Shown here one piece after another: positions 28,463 through 39,800 of a stretch of DNA of 64,000 bases. Below the pieces are notes generated by a model that was not told where the DNA came from, did no database searches, and saw only the letters and a list, made by a program, of their open reading frames with translations. Source of the DNA: Tubulanus polymorphus (lineage: Eukaryota; Animalia; Nemertea); assembly GCF_964204645.1 (NCBI RefSeq), contig NC_134031.1, positions 4,650,001-4,714,000 on the forward strand, in the 5' to 3' direction. The position numbers and the translations under genes were made by a program. Position 1 is the first letter of the stretch. Each line of letters opens with the position of its first letter.

Positions 28463-29342
28463 ATGACAGCTAGGATTTGCCTCGCGTTGTCGGTTGCCTT
28501 TGTCTTTTTCGCGTATTCAACTATACGTAAGTTTTACACATCCCAACAGTCATGGAGTAGAGCGTAAATGCAAATGAACTTGGATCTTAAATCACGCAGC
28601 GGAGGCAAGATTTCGAGACCTTTTTATTGAATTAGATCTGTAATTAATTCGATTACAACTAATGCGTTACAGCGTGTTATCGGGTATACGGCGAACACGC
28701 GTCCTGGGTCCATCACCGACGGTAACTCTTACTGACCCCGACGCGCTGTGACCATCTAACACCAGTACAGCTGGTCAATGAGACTGATTGTAATAAACCG
28801 CTGACAGTTCGGTCGATAACTATAGAAATATGTGTATATACATGTATGTCCCTCCGATATAATACAGAACATCTGTTACGCGCATATATGAAATGCCGTA
28901 ATCAGTTTTCTAGTAATTACGATGTTCGTCTCTATCGTGTATTTAGCTCAAAATCCCAGCCGGTATATACTGTGTATTGTCTTTTCGTGTTGATCGGTTT
29001 TCTCTCACATACGAACACTTACTCGATGAACAAACGACCTTATTGGTTATTTCCCATTCCAGAAGATGCACAGCGGTGAATACCATTACCGGGGAGAGCA
29101 CCAGAATCTCTCCCGCAGTATACGGTACGTACATAATATGCAACAGCGGCTAAAATCGTTATTTCCTTAATAATAATCTCTCGATCGTGTGGTGGCGTAT
29201 AGACGGCTTTCTGGTTTCAGCAGCCGAAGTAAAAAGTTACGTCGTCCAGGCATATCAGCTAATCTATACGATTTTCCTCTCGAATTCATGCCAGACACGA
29301 GTCATTCACGCGCGTCTGATATTCAACGATCCGATGAAGTGA
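28463..29342 (+). CDS. Candidate small secreted protein (~98-104 aa); exons 28463-28526, 28673-28721, 29063-29124, 29221(or 29203)-29342
   Basis: Exon 1 MTARICLALSVAFVFFAYSTI is signal-peptide-like and ends C|gtaagt (phase 1). Exon 2 has a ctaat branch point and ttacag acceptor. Exon 3 has ttcccattccag and G|gtacgt. The frame stays open across all junctions. The last exon is uncertain (alternative 29373-29431). Confidence 0.5.
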
Positions 29343-30687
29343 AGTCTTTGAAGGTTCTCGTTGATTTTCTAGATGCAGCTCCTATATCTAATTCCTTACG
29401 ATCATTCCTAAATTGGTCGATCGCTTCGTAGCACCGTTATAGAGTACGGAATATGCCCGAGCACGAACTGTCGTATCGTAGAGCAGCACACGCTGGATCC
29501 CCGCGGGACAATAAATATAATTTCTCCTGAGTTCATCATCCAAATTGGTGCCTCGTATTTTGACATTTCGGCGCAGCCGATAGCAATACACTGCAGGCGA
29601 GTCAGTCCGTCAATTCACCGGATTTTTTCTCCGGGACAAATCCTGAAAGCCCTTTTATATGCGTGTCACGTGAAATGCTTGATCACCCTCAGTCATTCGA
29701 CTGATGAAATTGTAAATACATGTTACCAGCTTCCGCGCGCAGCAGAAAGCGAAAGCATAGTTCAAGTCGCATTTTGATTTATAGCATAGCTACGTACGAC
29801 TCAACGACGTGGATATTTCCTAATAGACCCGCGTGCTGCAAATCCGCCAGTGTTGATATAAAATTCCAATAATCGCGCTTAAAACCCCCTCCATTTTAGA
29901 ATAGTACATTACTGTGAATGATTGCACAGTGCACAGACGCTCATTGACGGTCTGAAATATCACGCATATCCGGTTGTGGTTTTGAAAAAAATAAAATCAA
30001 TCGATTTTATCACATCAAAGAAAAAACTGTCGAATGGTTCTCCCGATATGCGTCATAACATTCAAATACTGACCGGAAATGACGTTGTGAAAGCATGATC
30101 GAGTTCGAAGATGACTTCTGAACTGGTCAATCAATTCAGTTTATACGTCCATGATCAATTTAAACACGTAACTAGCGCTTCGTAATATAATAATAATGCT
30201 ACTGCTTGTTAGAAATGATAGTGTCCTCCAGTCCTTCTACACACACACACACACTGTCCTAATAAACCAATGGTCTAATTTCTCAGAATATCTTACAGGA
30301 TGCACTGGTATACGTCCTGCGTGAACATTTCTGAAGAAAATTTTAAAAAAAATCTTTCTGCCTCGATAGTGAATATCCATTACATTCTAGCATTACATTC
30401 CATTGTTGAAATGTCAGATCCGCCTAAATGTGAAACTTTACTTGGAAATTGGCGATTGAAGTCGAAGCGATGATGGGATTTTTCGTGGAAAGATTCTTTA
30501 AGGCTTAGAGTCGTTCCCGTATTCTTCCAGATGCGATAATAATAGCGTAACGTGAATTGAATTAATATGTCAAGAACATTAAAACGTACGTGATTAAAAT
30601 CAGATTGAAAATTTATATGAGTTTTATGCGTTTCTGTCGATAAGGAATAAAAACATCATCACTTCCATGGATTAAAAATAATCTTAC

Positions 30688-30910
30688 CTGTTATTTTGAA
30701 ATTATAGAAATATTCGTCATTCATAGATCGCCTCTGTGGGTTTATTCTATGATTGTCGGGTGGTTGGGTTGCCGTCGAGTTTGTCGCCCAAATAATATCC
30801 TCCTCGAAATCTCTTTCGCGCGTTTCGTACGGGTATTTGGGTCTGATTCGGGGCGTGCTGTTCAAAGGATATGTTCGGCGATGGTATCGTTGGAAAGGAT
30901 GAAACGCCAT
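30688..30910 (-). CDS. Most distal alternative first coding exon of LIM gene
   Basis: ATG at 30910, 74 codons +1 nt (MAFHPFQRYHRR...YFYNFKIT); strong donor CAG|gtaaga in phase 1; upstream acceptor atttctag near 30943 suggests a further 5' UTR exon. Confidence 0.65.
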
Positions 30911-33881
30911 CGTCACTTCCAGTTGCTATTCACAGCTGTATCTAGAAATATATAGACTAATAACTATGATGAAAATAATCGACGAAAATGGTATATATCT
31001 TTGTACTCATAAAAGAACGTCATCTTCGTATCAGATTTATATTCCCTTTTCTAGTGGTAAGAAATAAGCATTGATTTTGTGCTCAGAGGTTTGCTGTCGA
31101 AACTATAATGTAAGATATATTCATCATTAAAAAGACGTGTAGCCTCGCCGAGTTTTCAGCAAATTGAATTATATGCTCGAGCTGAGTTGAATTGATATCC
31201 GACTGATTGAAAAATTTGACGGATGAGACTGGTATTGAATTTGGCTCATTGTTCAAAAGCCCATTGTAACAGAATGATCCATCGCGTATATAGGCCAAGA
31301 ACGGACCTATAAACCTTAAAGAATTTATTTCCATTTAGCTACATTCCAAATTATACCTGTTTATCATTTATATGAATGTATACTTTCAGCAAATATTCCT
31401 GACGTGCGATTAGAATATCATGTATTTCGATATCCGTTAAAAAGGGAAGAATTTCATAAAGCTTCCAGTTTCTATGGATTCAAGTGCAGCTATGAAATGC
31501 GCAATTCGGAGCTGTCCACTATAATTTATACATCATAGCGCCTGAGAAATTTAGGATTATCAAAACAATGAATATAGAATTAACAAGACAACCAGGTGCT
31601 CCACGTTAATCTGGAAATAGTTATAAAGATCATGTGCTTAGCACGTGGTTACTTACAAATCTCGAGCGTACTTCTGCTATTATGTAATAGTTTGCATCTG
31701 CCGAAAAAATTTTATTCTAAGTGCGATGAAAATATGTTCATCATATTGTTCGAAATGCTGGATCCATCATTTCAGCATCTCTTTTTATTCCGAATTGTAG
31801 AATGAACCTAATCTTGGAATGTAGTTAAATTGAAATTTAAATCTCTATGATTAATATTACTAAATGTTAGGGTTAGGGTCCTAAAACCGTTGACAGTCTC
31901 GTTGCAGCTGGTCGTCGTTGATTAAACGCAATATTTAATCTGAGAAAAACTCGGTGTCAAACAAAAGATGAACTTGGATGAACAAATAGTTACATGAATT
32001 ACAAGATCACAGAATGAAATGGAAAAATGCATAAACATATACAGATAAATGAATAAATACACATCGTCAAATGTATTTTTGATATCATAAATATACTTAG
32101 ACAAACAATACACTTGCTTTCATTACTTGAAAGACCTAATCGTCATATAATATCATTTAGAAACATTATCGGATCAATTGATTATTAATCCGTTAAAAAA
32201 CCGTACGATCGAAACTTACAGTTATTCGAGATTATTAAATCCGAAACGAGTTCGTCTGCTGCGTATAGCGCATCGTACGTTACAAGTAACAACTATCCGT
32301 AGACTTGCTCCCCGTTGAAAAAAAGCGCACCAATCTTCTCTCTACTGATGATAGTGACAGGTTTCTGCTCGTATTGAAGATACCACCCGCGATAATATGT
32401 ACATACGGTCTTCTCGCCGATGCGCTTGTTGGTGGTGTGTTATACAACTTAACATTACGGCTATTTTACAACTTAATCGATGAATTGTCAATATTTCAAA
32501 TATTGTAGAGATGTTGTCCCAGACTCTCCTATTCAGATAACGATCAACAAGAGCACTCGAAGTCAACCCCCTTAACAACGCAAATCATTCGATTTACACC
32601 TACACATAACGGCCAACACTACCGTTTGGATAATCGGAATAGGAGAATTTTTAATTGGCCAATTTTCGTCGGAAATTACCATTGCGAGCCATTGATGATC
32701 AAATTCCAACTTCTGATTGAATTTATCTTTCAATGGGGAGAGGTCAAATGTCGCATTCACGACCAAACTGGCGGCGTTGGTGGTCCAAATCCAATGGACC
32801 ATCTGTTTCATAAATTGAAAACAGATTGTTCCATATCTAACGTACATGCATTACATAATTGATTCTCAATTTTCTCGTATGAACCAATTAAACTTAGCCG
32901 GTAAATCGTGGGATTTTTCGTTTCGAAAAGGAAGGGTTTTTTAAAGTAATTAACTGAGAAATATTCTAAAGTATTTTATTCCTCGTCTGGGTGGTTTTTA
33001 TGCCGAATTACAAACCTATTTAATGGTACTCTTTTTAAGAAAATCCGTTTATGCCATAAAATCGGAATCAATCGGAAATGCTAAAAAAAGGTTTTTTCTC
33101 CTAACCGGATACTTGAACTTATACTGAATTCCGTATTGCGAAAAATTACCGCGGTTTTAAGACTATTTCATTTTTCAACCAATCAAAAACAACAAGTTCC
33201 AATCAATTGCACAAATCTTTGTTTATTTATAAGAACGATTATACTTAAAAAGGACAATTCTTTTGATGTCTTCGATTGGCACACGTGGGTTGCCTGGATG
33301 ATAGGAATGAAAAATTTAAGTAGAAACAAATAAACCAAATAAAAATACTTTTAAAAATGTAATTGTTTAGAAAATGTCTGTTTGGTGTCTTTTTAGCATA
33401 ATAATTGCGCGGACGCTTATCGTCGCTTTTTAGTGTAGACTGGTTGCCTGTCCCATTCAATATGAAGAGACCGATAACCAGTCTACTTTTAGTGCAACCC
33501 GGTAAAGGCGCGTCTGTTTGAAGGTCGCCGCCAACTTGATAGTCCTCCGATCCACTATGGATTTCACTTTAAGATGTGATTAAAATTGATTTTGTAAACT
33601 CCACGAGCTTGAAGTGCGACGAAATTATCATAAACAAGTAATGAAGCTAAAATTCGATTTAAAACAAAGCTATTTAGCCCGCATGTCCTTCCCTCTCTAG
33701 ACCCATCATAATAGTAGGCCTACCGCTCAAATTCAATCGCCATCCTCCAACCTCCTTCCCTGACCCCTTGTTAAAATCTTCTGCAAAATGGAAATTGAGG
33801 ATACTGTTGTTAAGCCTGTACAACCCCAAATTCTGTTCAATTATCTGTCTATCACCTGATTGAAATCGGACAATCCTGAAA

Positions 33882-36800
33882 ATGTCGAGCGAAGAGAGTG
33901 GCGCTATCAACAAAGAAATAAAGCAATATCTGAAACTGTTCTGCATAACCGATAACGAGAACGACCTGTTAGAAATTGTTCAACGGATCGAATCGATCGC
34001 GGTGATTCATGATTTCGCGGATGACAAAATATTGACGAGCGAATTTTTTCGTAAGGCGACGTCAGTTTTTCGTTCACCTTACGCGCGAGAACTCGTCACA
34101 GCGCTGATAGCGGCGCTGAACGGATTCACCGCTAGAGATCGCGTGAGGGAACGGGTTCTGAAAGGAGGAATTCATCGCGACGTTTTAAAAACCCTTCGAT
34201 CGGTCGTCGGCTCGAAACATCCGTTAGACCGCGTACTAGCCGACCAAGCGTCGTTATTCATGCGCAATCTTTCGAAAGTTCCAATGGCGTTAAGATTTCA
34301 TTTCATCGATGATAACGTCGTCGGGGTTTATACGAAATTGCTCGACTGCTGGGACTCGCAGATATTCCAGCCGTCGGAAAGCGCGATGAACCGTCTCGGC
34401 GAATTGGCGCTCGGAAAATCGCTGATCGCAATCGTCGCCGCCGACGAAGAGAAACATTTCGTGCGAAGATTAAAAGCGCTGCGCGACGTGTTGGAAATTC
34501 CGTGTTTCATGCGCGCGAAAAGTCTCGAGCTCTACGATACGACGTCGCCGGACAAGGACGTCAACATCAGAGTCGAAATGATGAAACTCGCCGATATTTG
34601 GAGCGAAGTAAAACTCGATGCGGATAATTTGAATGAGGACCGAACCGTCGCCGTCGTTGAAGAAAAGAAATACGTCGATGTCGAAGTCACTTTTGTCGGT
34701 GAGTTTTTCGTTCATTGAAGAATTGCCAAAGTCTTCATGTTTTCATGCTAGGAACCATGATTTTAGAAGTTTTGAAAATAATCCATAATGAATGGCATGA
34801 AAACGTATTTCTAAAATTGATTGAGTTTATGAAATGGAGTTTCTGTGCTCTGGTTCAAATGAGTTGAAGAAGACTTCTTTAGCAATCCTTCAATACAGTG
34901 CAAAATGGATAGAAAATCAATGGCTTATTCAGACTACAGTTTCACTGGTTGTATAAAGACCAATATTGGAGATATTCATTAGATTAAGCAAAATATCCCC
35001 AAAAAATCAATCCCAGAGAAAAAAATTGGCTTAAGTCATTTATTCGTAAGGTAATGCATTCCTCCTTTTCACAGTTGATGGATGTTCGTTTTGGGCTCAG
35101 CTTTCGAAAACGAGCATCGACAAAGTCAAAGAAATTCGGCAGAAAATAACTTCATTCTCGCCGGAGGAACGGAAGTATTTGCAGATGCCGCCGCCAAACG
35201 GCTGTTTTGTTTGTCTGTCACATGACTCTAATCCGATCAATGGGTGAATTATGATTTCAGTATATTTTCAATATTTTAACGTATTTTTTCTCCTATGCGC
35301 GACAGATAAGAATTTGCATCTTTATATCTTATTTTTTCGCAGGTACGCTCGCGGTATTGTATTAACCAGTACTGAAAACAGTACAACAGTTTTTACTTTG
35401 GATTATGGTGTCAAAGTCACTGTTCCGTGGAGTCAATTATTTTATATATCTCCGAAAATGGGATTGAAAGGTTTAGGACCCCAGGCAGTTTTCTGTCGAT
35501 TAAACGGTGAGTTTTCAAAAGCATATATCAGGGTTCATTCGTAGCGAATCAATGTGCTTTTAAGTGCTTAGTTTTGAAGGGCCCTCACCTTTCACAACAA
35601 TTTCAAAAAGTGTTCAAATACAAAGTGCTTACTTTGGACTTTTTGTATCCCAAATTATTTTTTTAGGAAAATTATGCATTATGCCAATATTAATGCCTGC
35701 ATAAAAAAATATAAAGAAATACATAGGACGAAGCTGTGCAGTCTTTTATGCGTAATAAAAAAAGTAACACTTTTGCCTTACGAAAGTGCTTAAAAAGTGC
35801 TTTCTAATACTGTCGAAGAGTGCGGAAAAGCGCTTACTTTTGTCTCAGCCGCATGTACTAAGCACCCTGTATGTACTGTTAACTCTACCTAGCAAGTCCG
35901 GTTGGATTCTACTAGTTCGCCAACAAACCCTAATCAAATTTGATGATAATGATAAGTAAGTTACGTGATGACACCTTTCTCCAATAGGTACATGTCCTGC
36001 GACGAGTCACAGAGCAGTTTTAAACAACATTTTGGGAACTTTCTATAACTTGTCGATTGACTCTATCTCTATTTGTAAGTAGAAATGGAATTTGAAGGTA
36101 TCAGTATATATTTTGACCGAATTGTTCCGAATTGTATGGACCATAGATCTCGGCCAATAAGCCAGGGACGGATCTTCTGCGAGACTCTCCTAGGTCCGGT
36201 CAAATTTTTGCCCCATTTATTTTAAGGCAATTTGATAAAAAAAGTACATTTCCTTGACACCAATTAAGAAAAGTACCATTTATGACAATTTTGTCAAAAA
36301 TTCTAGAAATGGATAAAAGTGATGCTGCCAGAATGCCATTTCTTAATAATTTGCCCTAACATATTTGGTAAGACCCTCAGACCACCAGATTTTTTCTCTA
36401 AAATATCATGGTGAACGTTTCACAATCTCACTCTGCTCTCTACTCTACTCTTTCTAGGTAGGTGTCTGTTTGATACTTCAGCGATGGATCGACTGTTGCA
36501 ACTTTCCGTATGTACCGATGCTGATGTATCCATGCACGCGTCGAACGTCATCGGTAGTATAGCCGCTCAGTCATCCCTTCGTGAAAAAGTTGCGCAGAAA
36601 GGTGCTTTGAAACTAATGCTCGGTAGGTATAGTGCCACAGACCCCCACTTGCGTCGACCAAACGCTGATAGTAAAGGGTTCGATACAATGCATACGATAA
36701 AGGACTCAGATACCTTTAGTTAAGTTTGCGCTCGGTAAAATTTGACTTGTGAAAATGTAACATCAGATACTACAGTCGGCCTCATTAGCAGTTTTTAGAA

Positions 36801-39800
36801 CTTGACTGATACTATGTTCAGGTATAAAATGTACGGCAACAAGCAGCTCATTAGACTGAGCTTTGAGAAAGGAGGACAAAAGACTGATAATAAACTAAAC
36901 CCGCAGTGACGATTTTACAATTTATATTCCGACAGTTTTGAAGTTTTGACATAGTCTTAGTAATGGTATACGGTACATTAGTTACATATATATTGGTATA
37001 AACTGTCTTATCTGTGTCTTAGCGATCGTCTCTTAGTTCTTGTCCCTATCCTTCTTTAGCAACATCTATATTTTTAAACTACTATATACCTGAATTATGT
37101 TATTTACGTTTCTCTGAAAATGAAGTTAAGCCAAAATTTCGAAACTGTCAGAAAATAGATTGTTAAATCATCAACTGTGGGTTTTGTTTTTAGCACTGAA
37201 ATACTGGGATCGATATCAGTCAGTCTCCCAGTAAAAAAAAAGACAGTGATATGAATCTTCTTACTAATGTTTAGTGGTAATCATATTTACAGACTTGTCA
37301 GTAACAGCAGCTACAGAACCATTCAACGACGATAAAGCCCGCATTTTAAGTGCTTCACTCGGCGCTATCGTCAATATTTTGTACAACTGTTTGGACAATA
37401 AGAACATGTTCCTCGGGTTGGATGGTAAATATTTTTTTCTTCGAAAACCGGAACCCAGTTCCGTAGTTGTGAGTAAGGTTTGAAATTATGTAGCTGATAG
37501 TTTTATTGCAATGAAAGGGTGGCCACTGACCTGGAAAGTTCAGGGAATCTGAAATCTCAGGTAAAACTCGGGGAATACGGATATGTTATTGACCACACGT
37601 TTCTTTATCACTGCATGATTCATAAAAAAATGAATAAATTGTAACATTTTAAATCAAGAAATTTCTCAGATTTTCTGTTATTACATGGAAAAGTCAGGGA
37701 AAATTTTGTAAATTTGTAAATTGGCAGAAAGTGGCCACCCTGAATGGTTAAAACTCTCAAGCTCTCAGTCAAAACTGCGGAACTGGGTCCTTGTTATGTA
37801 TACTGAATACCATTAAGTCGATGAACCTTTCTTTCATTGCCTTACCGACTTGCTCTGTCCCTAGGCTTGGAAACAGTAAGATACATTTATAAGAATGTAA
37901 CCCATACAGAATGTCGTGGTCGAATTAGTCAATTAATCAACGTATTGAAAGCCCAAAATAAAGCGACGAGATGTCAAGTCGCAAAAAATAAGCCGACATC
38001 AACAAAATCCGAGTAAGTGCAGCTGGTAGATATATATCTCTGTTGATAGTTAGACGGCCGTCATATTTTGTTTTCTGTTGCTTTCATCGTGACCGTTCAT
38101 GGTTTGCAGCGGTGATGTGGATTACTTTGCGCGTCCGAGACGGAAATCTGTTGAATTATCCCAGCACGCGATTCGTAAAGTTACAATGGTAGCTTTGAAT
38201 AAAGAAAGGCTGAAAGATGTAAGTTCATCAGAAACCTGTGTTTATATACTATAACATGGTCCCTGCAACTCCTCAATTCCTTTTGAAAACTTTTAAACAG
38301 AACAGGCTTTTTAAATTGAAATTCCTATGATTTCAGCAAAATGCCTTAGACTCCTTTGAAACGCAATTAAAATTTTTTTAGTACACAACCCATAACTCTA
38401 TATTTCTATATTCCTATATTTGGAACCAGAATATTCTAGTTATCCAATTCTATGCTTATTGAATTAGAAATCAAGTTTATAATTATAAAAGATCAAAATT
38501 TCCTTACAAGACCACCAAATTAACAGCTTGCGGAGATAAACAGTACCGACTTTAAGAGAAGTCTTCTGTAATTGGGATATGAAAGTGATGGAGACATTTC
38601 CTTGAAATTTGAAAGTTTCTCCTATTTAACTTCTTGAAAACTCCTTAGATATTCCAGAATGGCTGATCTGTTGAGCCCCTGCTATAAATGAGTGATTTAA
38701 GGAGGGTTAATCTCTTGACCTCATTCAACATTGATCATTGATTATCAATCTGTTTGTGCAGGATTCGAGCGATGAAGAAGTGAATGAGCCGCTGTTGATG
38801 AAAAACCGGTCGAATGACTCACAAACCGATGTGGTTCCCGTGAATGCTGCCTATATGAATGTAGACTGCTCCTACTACGTACAAGGTATTCTTTCCCTCA
38901 TTTCTAGCAACTGATTATCAATAGATGTTTGTTCAGTCTTGTGGATATCAGTAAATATACACTGCCTCACTAACATTGATTTGACTACTCATTGATACAA
39001 AAAAGAAACTTATATCGCATGGATCAAGATTCGGAATAATTTGCTGATGATGTGTGTATGTTTACATATTGGAAACTAAGGAAATCGTTTATGATTTTAT
39101 AGGTTTGCTGGTCAATTTCAAACATGATGAGAAAAATGAGATTATTACGACTACGCAATTGCATCAAATATCTTCCGACGTTCTGGAGAAAATTGTCTGC
39201 GGTTTCTTGAATAGCGGTGAGTGTTCTGGTATTCTGCACTAAAGAAGCGTTGGGGTCCTACAGAGGTTGGCATCTGTGGCATATGTCCCCTTATTGTATG
39301 CCCGATATAAGTCGTAACTGGCAATAACAGAAATCTTAGTAATGGAAACATGTTTTAACTATAGTAAGTACATAAACAGGGTAGCCACTTACCTGGAAAT
39401 CAGGGAGAAGTCAGGAAAATGTTCTTCTCTTCAGAACAGTCAAGGAATATTAAGGGAATTTTGTAAAAAGCTTAAAGTCAGGGATAAGTCAAGGAAATAT
39501 GTTAAAATCACTGTATCGCACGTAAACAATGTGTTACAAAATATATTTTACATATTGGACTGTGTTAATTGATTGGGTTCTTAGCAGATCGAGTCAGGAT
39601 AAACAATGATAAACAGCATGTCATAGAATAGACAGGTAAAAAACAGGATTGATATCCCACCCCCATTGAAACCTCAAACTACCCTCACTGTTACCCTCTT
39701 CAAAAATTCCTGCGCCGCGTCATAAGAATGAAAGACTAATGATTTTTGTATTTTTCTGCAGGTATCACCGGTAGTATTTATTTCGGAATAGCCAAGGAGC

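Noticed and set aside
32342-32862. Cluster of 67-91 aa ORFs between the divergent genes
   Set aside because: No domain or coherent splice pattern; more likely UTR/promoter sequence.
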